Positions 40,790-51,541 of a stretch of DNA of 64,000 nt are shown piece after piece; position 1 is the stretch's first letter; each line of letters starts with the position of its first letter. Under the pieces are notes generated by a model, which was not told the origin of the DNA, did not search any database, and worked only from the letters and a program-made list of their open reading frames with translations. This DNA comes from Longimicrobiales bacterium (GTDB lineage Bacteria; Gemmatimonadota; Gemmatimonadetes; Longimicrobiales; Gaopeijiaceae), in contig CBDANQ010000055.1 in the NCBI GenBank assembly GCA_965197725.1, forward strand, positions 28,117-92,116, read 5' to 3'. The position numbers and the translations under genes are program-made.

Positions 40790-42573
40790 AGATCGCCACG
40801 GTCAACGGGACCGGGTCAGCCAGCGCGAACGGCCTGCTGCTGCAGGCCTTGTTCCGTATGGGCGTCCCCGTATCGGGTAAGAACGTGTTCCCGTCGAACA
40901 TCCAGGGATTGCCCACATGGTATGAGATCCGCGTGAACGCGGACGGGTACACGGCACGCAGCCCCGACTTCCAGCTCGTGGTAGCGATGAACCCGGAGAG
41001 CTACGCGCGCGACATCGAGGAGGTCGTGTCCGGCGGTTGGATCCTATACGACAGCAGCCGCGAGCTGTCCGACGAGTTCAAGCGCGACGACGTCACGTTC
41101 CTCGGCGTGCCGTTCGCCGACCTGTGCGTCAGCCGTTTCAAGGGATCACGCACTCGCATCCTCATGAAGAACATCACCTACGTGGGTGCGCTCGCCGCGC
41201 TGCTCAACATCGACATGGACGTTGTGAAGGGGATGCTGCAGGAGAAGTTTGCGACCAAGCAGCACCTCATGGACGCGAACTTCATCGCGATCGAGCTCGG
41301 ATACGAGTACGCTCAGGAGCACTTCGATTGTCCGCTCCCGATCCGGCTCGAGACCATGGACGCGACCAAGGACTGCGTCATGGTCACCGGCAACGCTGCG
41401 GCCGCTCTGGGGTGTGTCTACGCGGGTGCGACCGTCGGCGCCTGGTACCCGATCACGCCAGCGACGTCGGTCATGGACGGCTTCACCGAGTACTGCAATC
41501 GTTTCCGAGTCGACCCTGAGACCGGCAAGAAGAATTTCTGCATTCTGCAGGCGGAGGACGAGCTCGCCGCGGCGGGCATGGTCATCGGCGCGGGCTGGAT
41601 GGGGGCGAGGGCGTTCACACCGACCGCCGGGCCGGGCCTCTCACTCATGACCGAGTTCATCGGCCTCGCATACTACGCCGAAGTCCCGAGCGTCTTCCTC
41701 GATATCCAGCGGACGGGGCCGTCCACAGGCATGCCGACGCGCACGCAACAGGGCGACCTGATGCTGTGTGCCTACGCATCCCACGGGGACACCAAGCACA
41801 TCGTGCTGTTCCCGGCGGATCCGAGGGAGTGCTTCGAGTTCGCGGTCGCTGCCTTTGATCTCGCGGAGCGCTTCCAGACTCCGACGTTTTTCGTTTCGGA
41901 TCTGGATATCGGAATGAACGACTGGATGATTCCGAAGCTCGAATGGGACGACGAGTTCGTGCCGGATCGAGGCAAGGTGCTCTCCGAAGAGGAGCTCGAG
42001 CAGGCAGAGCGGTTCTATCGATACCTGGACGTAGACGGCGACCACATCGCGGCGCGCACTCTTCCCGGCGTGCACCCGAAGGGTTCGTACTTCACGCGTG
42101 GCTCGGGCCACGACAAATACGGGCGCTACACTGAGGACTCGGACGCGTACGTCGAAGTCATGGATCGCTTGCTGAAGAAGGTCGAGTCGGCGGCCGAGGC
42201 CGTGCCCGCGCCGGAGGTGCGCTCGGTGGAGGGTGGCTCACGGCTGGGGCTCATCTCGATCGGCGGCTGCCACTGGGCCGTACTCGAGGCCCGGGACCAA
42301 CTCATGCGGGACGGCGTCCAGGTCGACTATCTGCGCGTGCGAGGCTTTCCGTTCAGCGACATGGTCGAGCAGTTCGTGGACGACCACGATCTCGTCGTCG
42401 TGATCGAACAGAACCGCGACGAGCAGCTGAAGAAGTTGCTGCTGCTGGAGACGCGCTGCGTGAAGCAGAAGCTGGTGTCGGTCACAGACTATGGCGGGCA
42501 CCCTCTGAGCAAGGGGCACGTGCTCGAGGGTGTCGCCCCCTACGTGGAAGCGCTCGCGGTGGAGGTCCCATGA
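40747..42573 (+). CDS. korA: 2-oxoacid:acceptor oxidoreductase alpha subunit
   Basis: NGTGSASAN, FPSNIQGLPT, WYPITP, QAEDE and QRTGPSTGMPT; TTG start inferred. Confidence 0.93.
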   Translation: MAHDSTYGVNDFGLKIATVNGTGSASANGLLLQALFRMGVPVSGKNVFPSNIQGLPTWYEIRVNADGYTARSPDFQLVVAMNPESYARDIEEVVSGGWILYDSSRELSDEFKRDDVTFLGVPFADLCVSRFKGSRTRILMKNITYVGALAALLNIDMDVVKGMLQEKFATKQHLMDANFIAIELGYEYAQEHFDCPLPIRLETMDATKDCVMVTGNAAAALGCVYAGATVGAWYPITPATSVMDGFTEYCNRFRVDPETGKKNFCILQAEDELAAAGMVIGAGWMGARAFTPTAGPGLSLMTEFIGLAYYAEVPSVFLDIQRTGPSTGMPTRTQQGDLMLCAYASHGDTKHIVLFPADPRECFEFAVAAFDLAERFQTPTFFVSDLDIGMNDWMIPKLEWDDEFVPDRGKVLSEEELEQAERFYRYLDVDGDHIAARTLPGVHPKGSYFTRGSGHDKYGRYTEDSDAYVEVMDRLLKKVESAAEAVPAPEVRSVEGGSRLGLISIGGCHWAVLEARDQLMRDGVQVDYLRVRGFPFSDMVEQFVDDHDLVVVIEQNRDEQLKKLLLLETRCVKQKLVSVTDYGGHPLSKGHVLEGVAPYVEALAVEVP

Positions 42574-43625
42574 GCTATATCACCAAGCCTGCGGCCAGGC
42601 ACCCCAGACTCCCGACGAACGCGCTCGGGCTCACGGTTCGGGACTATGAAGGCTCCATGTCGACGCTGTGCGCCGGGTGCGGTCACGATTCCATCACCGC
42701 CGCACTCGTTCAGACCTTCTTCGAGCTGGACGTCGAGCCGCATCGTGTCGCGAAGCTGTCGGGGATCGGCTGCTCTTCGAAGACGCCGACCTATTTCCTG
42801 AGCGAGGCACACGGCTTCAACGGGGTGCATGGTCGCATGCCCGCGATCGCCGCCGGGGCGAACGCGGCGAACCGGGATCTCCTATGCGTCGGCATCTCGG
42901 GAGACGGCGATTCACTCTCCATCGGACTCGGCCAATTCTGCCACGCGATACGTAGGAACGTGAACATGCTGTACGTATTGGAGAACAACGGCGTGTACGG
43001 CCTCACCAAGGGCCAGTTCTCGGCATCGGCCGACATCGGCACCACCTCGAAGCGCGGCGAGGTGAACGAGCAGGGACCGATCGATCCGGTGAACCTAGCA
43101 CTCTCGATCGGTGCGACCTTCGTGGCACGCTCGTTCTCGGGGGACAAAGCCCAGCTCGTGCCTATTCTCAAGGCCGGCCTGACGCACAACGGCTTCGCCT
43201 TCGTCGATGTCATTTCTCCGTGCGTGACGTTCAACGACCACCAGGGCTCGACGAAGAGCTATGCGCATACGCGCGACAACATGCACGAGGTCGTCGAGAC
43301 CGACTTCGTTCCGCTGCGGGCCGAGATCAAGACCGACTACGCCGAAGGGTCCGTGCAGGCGGTCACGATGCACGACGGTAGCGTGGTCAAGCTGCGGAAG
43401 GTCACGGAGGAGTATGACTCCACCAACCGGGGTGGCGTGCTCGACTATCTGGGCGAGACCATGTTGCGAGGTGAAATCGCCACGGGTCTTCTCTACTTGG
43501 AGGAGGCTGGTGCGGACATGCACGGCTTCCGCGGCACCGTGGATCGGCCGCTGGTCGACGTCCCATACGAGGACCTCTGCCCCGGCGGCGCCGCACTCGA
43601 GGAGCTACAGAGGGAGTGGCGGTAG
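42570..43625 (+). CDS. korB: 2-oxoacid:ferredoxin oxidoreductase beta subunit
   Basis: LCAGCGH, SGIGCSSK, HGRMP, GDGD, NNGVYGLTKGQ and SPCVTFN. Confidence 0.94.
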   Translation: MSYITKPAARHPRLPTNALGLTVRDYEGSMSTLCAGCGHDSITAALVQTFFELDVEPHRVAKLSGIGCSSKTPTYFLSEAHGFNGVHGRMPAIAAGANAANRDLLCVGISGDGDSLSIGLGQFCHAIRRNVNMLYVLENNGVYGLTKGQFSASADIGTTSKRGEVNEQGPIDPVNLALSIGATFVARSFSGDKAQLVPILKAGLTHNGFAFVDVISPCVTFNDHQGSTKSYAHTRDNMHEVVETDFVPLRAEIKTDYAEGSVQAVTMHDGSVVKLRKVTEEYDSTNRGGVLDYLGETMLRGEIATGLLYLEEAGADMHGFRGTVDRPLVDVPYEDLCPGGAALEELQREWR

Positions 43626-43700
43626 GCTGCTATCCCCTTGAGCAGCAAGGTCCCTACGAGAGCGCCGCGCGTGGGGCGTTGCGATGTTCCGATGGGCTAG

Positions 43701-44603
43701 CAGACCGTGGATAAAGTCCGGTCATCGCTGTTGTGTTAAATCAGGAGGACACGAGGGTTTTTGCAGCGAGGACGGCGATGGCGGTAGGCAAGCGGCCCGA
43801 GGCTCGGCAGGGCGAGATGTTCGTGGTGGCGAGCGAGATTCGGGCCTTGGACAACCCGTTCTACTGGGCCTTGAACGAGCTTCTGGCGAAAAGCGGGTTT
43901 GACGAGTTCGCGGAAGAGGCATGCCGTGAGTTCTACGCGGACAATCGGGGTCGGCCGGGGATTGCTCCCGGGGTGTATTTCCGAATGATGATGGTGGGCT
44001 ACCTGGAAGGGATCGGCTCGGAGCGGGGCATTGCCTGGCGGTGTGGGGACTCGTTGTCGTTGCGTGAGTTTCTGGGATACGGGTGGGCGAAGAACCCGCC
44101 GGAGCATTCGACCCTGTCGAAGACGCGCAAGCGCCTGAGCGTGGAAGCGCACGCGGCGGTGTTCGGGCGGGTGCTGGAGCTGCTGAAGGGGTCGGGGTTG
44201 CTGAGCGGCAAGACGCTGGGCGTCGACTCGACGACGCTGGAGGCGAATGCGGCGATGCGCACGATCGTGCGGCGCGACGACGGGTTGGGCTACGATGAAT
44301 GGCTGCAGCAGGTGGCCCGGGCGTCGGGGATCGAGACGCCGACGCGCAAGGATCTGACGACGCTGGACCGGAAGCGTCCGAAGAAGGGCTCGAACAAGGA
44401 CTGGGTGCATCCGCACGACCCGGAGGCGCGGATCACGAAGATGAAGGACGGCAGGACGCGCCTGGCGCACAAGTTGGAGCAGGCGGTCGACATGGAGACC
44501 GGTGCGCTTGTGGCGGTGACGGTGCAGACGATGGACGGGGGAGATGTGGCGTCGCTGCCCAACACGCTGGACGAGGCAGAGCGGCAGCTGGAAGTAGTGC
44601 AGG
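43701..44603 (+). mobile_element. Left 903 bp of the IS1182-like element (truncated copy)
   Basis: Matches 14479-15381 except for two visible substitutions (R>W, E>Q). Preceded by CTAG; breaks off before ADKGY. Confidence 0.95.
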
Positions 44604-44699
44604 CGCACCTATGCGGACATCGCGATCGACGCGGCGGTGACGATCCGCGTGGTCCTCCATCTTCCGCTTCGCCAGACCGAGGGCTTCCTCCGTTCGCTG
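44604..44699 (+). mobile_element. Fragment of an IS5-family (IS903-group) transposase
   Basis: Translates from 44607 as TYADIAIDAAVTIRVVLHLPLRQTEGFLRSL. Confidence 0.72.
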
Positions 44700-44777
44700 C
44701 GCACCGACTGCGTACACTCGCTCCGAAGCGTCTGTCACCCAAGCGAGTCTGGCATGCCTCCGAGAAGCTGATCCAGG

Positions 44778-44950
44778 GTAGAATGAGATTCGGGCGTCGC
44801 GCTCACAATAACGTACGACGGCCGCCGAATCATCGGTCGAACCATCATCGACGATGTGCAATTCCCACCGGGGAAAGGTCTGCGCCACGACAGACTCGAT
44901 CGTCTCGCCGACAAGGCCGCGTTGATGTACAGCCGAACGACAATCGAGAC
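44778..44950 (-). pseudogene. N-terminal remnant of a GT2 glycosyltransferase
   Basis: VSIVVRLY (frameshift) GETIESVVAQTFPRWELHIVDDGSTDDS. Confidence 0.78.
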
Positions 44951-45275
44951 CTTTTGGCAAGGCTGGCCTCTGAACCGCGCCAGGGCGCGGTCCACGACTA
45001 CATGAGGAACGTCTATGCCCTCCGTGGAAAAGCTCACGGCGCGACGCCTAGTGGAATGGCAGGACTGGAATTCGTTCGTCACCCCTGATCAGCGCAACTG
45101 ATCAACCAACGCGTCCATGTCTGAATACGGAAGGTGGCGGCTGGCCGATTTCTTCCGAGCCAGCAAGAAGTTGCGGCAGTTGGGATCCGCGACCAGCGTC
45201 TCGGTGCGAACGAGCCCCTCCAATAGGATCTGGTAACAGTGGTATTGACCTGCCCCCAAGAGCGGGTACCACATC

Positions 45276-46162
45276 CTATGTTAGTCCCAGCACCTGTGGA
45301 GGGCCGTGAAGGACGGGCATCCTCAAGAACCAGGGCGACGGCTTAATCGCCTCAGGGGCCGGGGGAAAGCCGCCGCAGGCGCTGTGGGGTCGGACGGTAT
45401 TGTACTCGCGCCTCCATTGCTCGACCAGCACGGCCGCCTCCGCCAACGAGTAGAAGATCTCCCCGTTCAACAGCTCGTCCCTGAGCTTGCCGTTGAAGCT
45501 CTCGTTGTAGCCGTTCTCCCACGGGCTGCCCGGCTCGATAAAGAGCGTCTCGACGCCCACGCGCCCCAACCACCGCCGCACGAGCTTCGCGGTGAACTCC
45601 GCTCCGTTGTCCGACCTCAGATACTCGGGAGGCCCGTGTCGGACGAACAGATCGGCCAGCACCTCGAGCACGTCGTGCGAGCGGATCTTGCGAGCCACCA
45701 CGATCGCCAGGCACTCCCTCGTGTGCTCGTCCAGCACTGTCAGCAGCTTCAGCGCACGCCCGTCGTGCGTCCTCGAGGCCACGAAGTCGTACGACCAGAC
45801 GTGCCCCGATACAGCGGCCTCAGCCGGATGCACGATCCGTCGTTGAGCCACAGCCGACCTCGCTTCGGCTGCCGCTGCGGGACCTTCAGCCCCTCCTGCC
45901 TCCAGATCCGCTCCACCCGCTTGTGGTGCACCCCCCAGCCCTCGATGCGGAGCATGTCCGTGACGCGTCGGTAGCCGTAGCGGCCGAATCGACTCGCGAG
46001 TCGCACGATATCACCTCGGAGCGCCCCCTCGTCACTCGCCACTTTCCTCGCCCGGCGCTGGGTCGTGCGTGGCTGCCCGAGCACCCGGCACGCTCTCCTC
46101 TCCGACGCCCCGAGCTGCTGACGTACACGCACCACACAACGTCGTCGGCGCTCGGGGCTCAG
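45276..46162 (-). pseudogene. IS3 orfB (integrase-like DDE) with an extra frameshift near 45804-45807
   Basis: RYGYRR and KRVERIW in one frame; HVWSYDF, SDNGAEF, PWENGYNESFN and YNTVRPHS in another. Confidence 0.88.
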
Positions 46163-46437
46163 AAGTTTCCCTCGGCTGCTTCCTCCAGGATCAGCTTGTC
46201 CAGTGTCAAGTCCGCCACTGCTCGCTTCAGGCGCCCGTTCTCGCGCTCGAGCTCCTTCAGGCGCCGTGCCTGGCTCACCTTCATCCCGCCGTACTCCCGC
46301 CTCCACCGGTAGTACGTCTGCTCGGTGATGCCGAGCTCCCGGCTGATCAGCTTCACGGATTTGCCGCGGGCCAGACCGACCTCTGCCTCCCGCAGTGCAG
46401 TGATGATCTGCTCCGGAGTGGGTCGCTTCCTTCCCAT
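46159..46437 (-). CDS. IS3 orfA (HTH)
   Basis: TPEQII, LGITEQTYYRWRREYGG and RLKELERENGRLK; ends at the G-GGA-AAC slippery site. Confidence 0.92.
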   Translation of the reverse strand: MGRKRPTPEQIITALREAEVGLARGKSVKLISRELGITEQTYYRWRREYGGMKVSQARRLKELERENGRLKRAVADLTLDKLILEEAAEGNF

Positions 46438-46559
46438 CCTGACCTCCTCGCTGAAAAGCTTCAGACCAGCTCGATCCTAACATTGCACCTGGTCTCGTTT
46501 CAGGGGGTCAGGTCAGGCTTCTCCCTCGCTCGCCAGGAAGAGGACGAAGCTCCACGCCG

Positions 46560-47823
46560 ATGACCCTCAGCACATATCCGAGCAAGCGCCAGCCGAATCC
46601 GAGCCGGAGGCGCGAACCGGTGGAACGGCCGGTCGACGGCTCAACACTGATCCGCGGGGCACGCCGCCGTCGAGCCGTCGAGCTCCTGGCCGTGGCCGCC
46701 CTCGCGGCATGCCTCACCTCATGTGAGGGCGTCCTAGACCTTAGACCCTCCTTGTGACGGACCGACTTCCGGGCCGTTCTGTCTTCGCCTGATGGCCGAG
46801 GGGCTCGCGGTTCCTTTACACCTCGCCTCACCACCCGGCTACGACTGGCTCGTGATCGTCGAGGCACCCGGTCTCGTCTTCGTGCTCGAAGGCACGAGCC
46901 TCCGCTCCGAGCCCTTTCTCGACCTCCGTAACGAGGTCCGTTATCCCGCCGAGCAGGGGCTGTTGGGGCTCGAGTTCGACCCGAACTTCGAGGCGAACGG
47001 GATCTTCTACGCGAACTACACCGACCTCGATGGCAACACCGGTCTGTCGCGCTTCCGCGTGGGTCCGGACCCCCGGCGGGCGGATCGCGCGACGGAGGAG
47101 CGGCTCTTCTCGATCCCGCCGCTGCTCGAGTTCCACAACGCCGGCAAGATCCAGCTCGGGCCCGACGGCTACATGTGGATCTCGACCGGCGACGGCTACG
47201 ATCCCGTCACCGCGCAGGACCCGGCGAACCTACGCGGGAGCATCATCCGGATCGACGTGAACGGCGCATATCCTTACGGGATCCCGCCCGACAATCCGTT
47301 CGTGTCCGACCCGGAGGCGCTCCCGGAGATCTGGATGTACGGGTTAAGGAACCCGTGGCGCTTTCACATCGATCGGGAGGAAGGGCTGGCCTACATCACC
47401 GACGTGGGCCACCTCCGTCGCGAGGAGATTAACATCGTGCCGTGGAATTCACCGGGGACGAACTTCGGCTGGGCGGTCCTCGAGGGCTCGCTCTGCGTGC
47501 AGGAGGGATGCTCGGCCGAGGGCACCACCCTCCCGGCGCTCGAGTACGGTCACGACGAGGGGTGTGCGATCATCGGAGGCGTCGTCTATAGGGGGCGAAT
47601 GTTCCCGGAGTTCGACGGTCACTACTTCTACGCTGACCACTGCGGGTTCGTGCGCAGCTTCCGCTACGAGGGCGGCGAGATCACGCTCGAGCGGCAATGG
47701 TGGACCGACGAGCTCGGCCAGATCATCGCGATCGCCGACGGACCGGGCGGGGAGCTGTGGCTGACGACGTTGGAGGGCCTCGTGTATCGGTTCGAGCCGA
47801 GGCCGGAAGACGCGGGTTTCTAG
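46560..47823 (+). CDS. PQQ-dependent sugar dehydrogenase (GSDH) family lipoprotein, frameshifted near 46741
   Basis: EQGLLGLEFDP, HNAG, GPDGYMWISTGDG and YGLRNPWR. The lipobox ACLTSC lies in upstream ORF 46560-46757, one base out of frame. Confidence 0.88.
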
Positions 47824-48629
47824 CCCTCCTCCCCCGCGGCCCACATCACGCCTCCGAGCAAGTGCTCGGCGAACAGCGGCTCGGCGTAGCTCTCCTAGGT
47901 GTGCCCCCCGGCGGTGTACCACGCGCGCCCGCCGTCGTATTCGTGGTACCAAGCGATCGGGTGGTCCTCGCCCATTTGCCCACCCTCGTACGTTTCCTCG
48001 CGCAACGTGAGGAGCACCTGCACCGACCCCCTGGGGTTCTGGTGGAAGTTGTACCACTCGTCTCGACGCAGCCATTCGGCCGGCAGATGGCGGGTCGATG
48101 AATGCGTCGCGTCCTCGACCACGATCGCGGCGTCCTGGATGGGCGGGTGCCCGAAGAAGTAGGCGCCCACGAGCTCTCCGTACCACGCCCAACCGTACTC
48201 GGTGTCGGTAGCGGAGTGCACCCCCACGAAACCACCACCAGCGCGAATGTATCCTTGGAACGCCGCCTGTTGTGTCTCGTTCAGCACGTCCTCGGAGGTA
48301 TTGAGGAACACGACGACGGCGTAGCCGCTGAGGTTGTCGCCCGCGAACTCGCCCGGGTCCTCGGTGACGTCGACGCCGAAGCCTTCGGCCTCCGCGAGCT
48401 CACGAAACAGACTCTGACCGCTCTCGATAGAGGTGTGCCGGAAGCCGGTGGTCCTGGAGAAGACGAGGATGCGAAACGCATCGTCTCCGTCCGGGACGGT
48501 GGGGTCGGGGGAGTCACAACCGCTAGGAACGAACGATACGCCCAGCAACAGGCCGACCGTGGTGATGGCGCGGGCAAGCACTCGAGCACTTCTCTCCAGG
48601 TCGGCCATGTCGGACATGATCAATAACAT
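47820..48629 (-). pseudogene. ThuA-like domain lipoprotein with an in-frame TAG at 47895-47897
   Basis: LVFSRTTGFRHTSI, GGGFVGVHSATDTEY, DEWY and DHPIAW, then GGHT*ESYAEPLFAEHLLGGVMWAAG. Confidence 0.85.
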
Positions 48630-48925
48630 GCGTCTAAGGCGCGTGGGGCCACAAGCGTCTTACACGAGCAGTGCAGCATTCTATCCGGGATAGTTAGGCG
48701 GTGCGAGTCAGACACGAAGACAGACTGTCGAGTTCCGCAGTCAGATACGGTGGTGTGTGATGAAACCCCACCAGGCAGCGTCCCAAGTAGTCGCCCGCGA
48801 TACACGACCCGAGCCAACTCGAGCTAAGGGCGAGGGCGTGGGCGCTCTCGCCGGTGCTGCGGATGCTCAAGATGCCTCTAGCTCAGCCGTTCGGGCACTC
48901 CCGACTCCATTCCCGGTAGGGTCCG

Positions 48926-50017
48926 CTAGTTCGGCACCCGAGCGCCGCCGTCCATCACAACGTCGCCTGTGTTGGTAGACGCGCGCTGGACGCTGCCGCC
49001 CTCGCTGCGGTATCCGGTCACACGGTAGCGGATCTCCCCGGTCCGTGAGTCTCGGCTCTGAGTGATCGTGGGCATTCGAATTGCCCAGTCCTTCACGATC
49101 CAGGTTCCGTTCGGGAGGTCCACGAAGGTCACGTCGCCTCCGCCCTCGTGGCTCAGGCCGGGCAGCAGGTTCATATAGGTGAACTGCACCGACCGGAGCC
49201 GTGCGGTTGCAAGCTCGAGCCAGAGGACGCCCGCCACGTCAGTCAGCCGTCGCCCAGAGATCGGCTCGAAGACGAGCCCGATCAACAAGGTGCCGTCCCG
49301 TTCTTCGGTGGTGAGCTTGAAGCAATGCGTGTCGAGGAAGGCGTCCGAGAGCAGCACCTTGGCGTCAGGTGCCGAATACCGCCAGTCGCCTTCAGGAAGG
49401 ATCTCGACGAATCCATTGGCGGCGAGCTCCCTGGGGTCCGCGGCTGTGAACGGCTGGGAGCCTAAGCCGCGGTGGACGTAGCGCCGCCCCGAGAGCACCC
49501 GTCGTCCGGTCCGGTCCAGCGTGCGCTCGAAGCGTATCCATACAAAGCGATACATTCCTCGGTCCGAGGTCCACGTGGCCGAGGCGAGCGCCTTGCGCAC
49601 CTCCTCCCACACTGTCGCGGTCGCGAGCCCCTCCGCGGGCCGTACCTCGCAGCGGCGCCCAGCCCTTACGTCGAGTCCAGCCAGCTGGATCGGGCGTACC
49701 TTGCTGACGATCCGCTGCTCGACGCTCCTACCGGCCGGGACCTCTAGCGGATCGGTATCCATGCTTTCGTAGCCGATCCGTTCCACCCGTAGGACGTAGC
49801 GCCCGGGGTCCGGCACCGGGACCTGGAACCTGCCGTCGGACGCCGAGAGCACTCCGCCGACCCGGTTGCCGGCCAGATCGATGAGCAGGATCATAGCGCC
49901 CTCGATGGGAGCGCCCGTGCCTTCCGCGGTGACGAGCCCGCGCACCTGTTGCTGTGCTCCGAGGGGGGCGGACAGCAGGACGAGCGCCGGAACGAAGAGT
50001 GCAGCTAGCCCACTCAT
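48926..50017 (-). CDS. Secreted carboxypeptidase-regulatory-like domain protein
   Basis: Signal peptide, VRGLVTAEGTGAPIEGA..GRYVLRVERIGY and APDAKVLLSDAFLDTHCF. Confidence 0.8.
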   Translation of the reverse strand: MSGLAALFVPALVLLSAPLGAQQQVRGLVTAEGTGAPIEGAMILLIDLAGNRVGGVLSASDGRFQVPVPDPGRYVLRVERIGYESMDTDPLEVPAGRSVEQRIVSKVRPIQLAGLDVRAGRRCEVRPAEGLATATVWEEVRKALASATWTSDRGMYRFVWIRFERTLDRTGRRVLSGRRYVHRGLGSQPFTAADPRELAANGFVEILPEGDWRYSAPDAKVLLSDAFLDTHCFKLTTEERDGTLLIGLVFEPISGRRLTDVAGVLWLELATARLRSVQFTYMNLLPGLSHEGGGDVTFVDLPNGTWIVKDWAIRMPTITQSRDSRTGEIRYRVTGYRSEGGSVQRASTNTGDVVMDGGARVPN

Positions 50018-50353
50018 GCGGTAGCGGCCCTGGAGGGCTGCGCTCAGGCGGGTGACGAGATTGGAGGCGTCCAAGCGTCTAAGATGCGCCATAGTACTGC
50101 AAATCGCTAACCCTTACTCGTTCGCGGTCCTGGTGAACGTGAACGTGCCGAGTGGAGCGGCCGTGTCGAAGGGGCTCACGTGGACCCGGGATACGGCGAT
50201 CGGTGGATCTGTAGCCTCGTTCGCTGACGTAAACGTGACACCGCTATCGGGCGGAGGTGAGGCGGAGCCTGTACGCTGGCAGGCGAGGCGGCCAACGAGG
50301 AACGGTTTGCACATGCTCGGTCCAAGAGATGATCATCAAATACGGCTACCTCA

Positions 50354-50887
50354 ATGAAAGAATCTCGTAACTCAATTCGCCAGGCTAACACAGCGGACAT
50401 CGGACCCCTCCGTGAGATCCTACTTGAAGCGGTTCGATGGCTTGAGGAAGAAGGCGAGCCGCTGTGGCGCGAAGAGGATTTCCCGGAAGAGGATTTGGCG
50501 AGGGACGTTCAGGACGGGCTTTACTTCCTGGCCGAGTGCGATGACATGGCAGTTGGCGTCGTCAAGTTTGAGCTGAGCGATGAATTGCATTGGCCCGACC
50601 TTCCCGAGGACGAGTCCGTTTTCCTGCATCGCTTGGCGGTTCGGAGAAGCCACGCGGGAGGCGAAGTCTCTTCCGCTATCCTTCGGTGGGCCTTGGATCG
50701 TGCAGCAAGCCTCGGTCGCCGCTACTTGAGGCTCGACTGTGCTAAGCGACCTAAGCTTCAGGCCGTGTATGAACGTTTCGGCTTTCGCTGGCACAGTGAC
50801 CGCCAGGTGGGGCCGTGGCTCGTTGCTAGGTATGAATACCCAGTACAGTTGCCGCCCGGTGCAGGGGAGTCAGGTACTTCAAGCTAG
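50354..50887 (+). CDS. GNAT family acetyltransferase
   Basis: FLHRLAVRRSHAGG, LRLDC and LQAVYERFGF. Confidence 0.88.
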   Translation: MKESRNSIRQANTADIGPLREILLEAVRWLEEEGEPLWREEDFPEEDLARDVQDGLYFLAECDDMAVGVVKFELSDELHWPDLPEDESVFLHRLAVRRSHAGGEVSSAILRWALDRAASLGRRYLRLDCAKRPKLQAVYERFGFRWHSDRQVGPWLVARYEYPVQLPPGAGESGTSS

Positions 50888-51049
50888 GACCCTGTGGTGT
50901 TCGTCCCTCCGGTCCATGCCCAGAAGAATTGTTCGCAATCTGGTGCTCTGAGCCGCATGTTACGAGCTGGACACCCCATATCCTCTCACCCGCCTGAACG
51001 CGGTTTCCAACATGTAGGTTGCCCTCACTACGCAATGGAGGAGCCCAAA

Positions 51050-51475
51050 ATGAACGGGAGCAAACTTATCCGCGGAGGCCTGGCTGCCGGTGTGGTTTCG
51101 TTCCTTTTCTCGGGTCTGTGGCATGTGGCCTTGCTGGGCGATTTCTATGAATCGGCGACCGCCGGCATGCGCGAGCCAAGCCTCTTCTGGTCCATTGGCC
51201 TCGGATACTTGGTGCTTGGACTGATCATGGCCTACATGTTTCCCAAGATGTATACGAAGGGCTTCGAAGGGCACACGCCGCTGGGCGAGGGGGTGAAATT
51301 CGGGGCCGTCATCGGTCTCCTTTGGTGGCTCCCGACGAACCTCGTGCTGTATGGAGTAACCGAGAGTCCCTTCTCGTTGGTCATCGTCGATTCAGCCTGG
51401 CACGTGGTCGAGGAAGCCCTCGGCGGGGCAGCGCTTGGCCTAGTAAGCGGCCCGCAGGTTGAGGGCGACGGTTGA
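51050..51475 (+). CDS. Hypothetical four-TM membrane protein
   Basis: GGAGGAG RBS before the ATG; LWH...GDFY and EGVKFGAVIGLL. Confidence 0.75.
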   Translation: MNGSKLIRGGLAAGVVSFLFSGLWHVALLGDFYESATAGMREPSLFWSIGLGYLVLGLIMAYMFPKMYTKGFEGHTPLGEGVKFGAVIGLLWWLPTNLVLYGVTESPFSLVIVDSAWHVVEEALGGAALGLVSGPQVEGDG

Positions 51476-51541
51476 GGATTAGGAAGCATCAATAGGGCGG
51501 GAGGAGGCGATAGCTGAGGTGGCCCCGGGCCGATCAGCCAG

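Larger units (their letters stand above)
45246..46515 (-). mobile_element. IS3-family insertion sequence (1270 bp)
   Basis: Ends TGACCTGCCCCCAAGAGCGGGTACCACATCCTATGTTAG and TGACCTGACCCCCTGAAACGAGACCAGGTGCAATGTTAG; orfA/orfB layout. Confidence 0.93.

Noticed and set aside
44604..45088. Novel C-terminal domain on the 43733-45088 transposase ORF
   Set aside because: It is read-through into an out-of-frame IS903-group fragment and the antisense of a GT2 remnant.
50114..50314. Short minus-strand ORF ending LGTFTFTRTANE
   Set aside because: Possibly a gene tail, but there is no start or recognisable motif.
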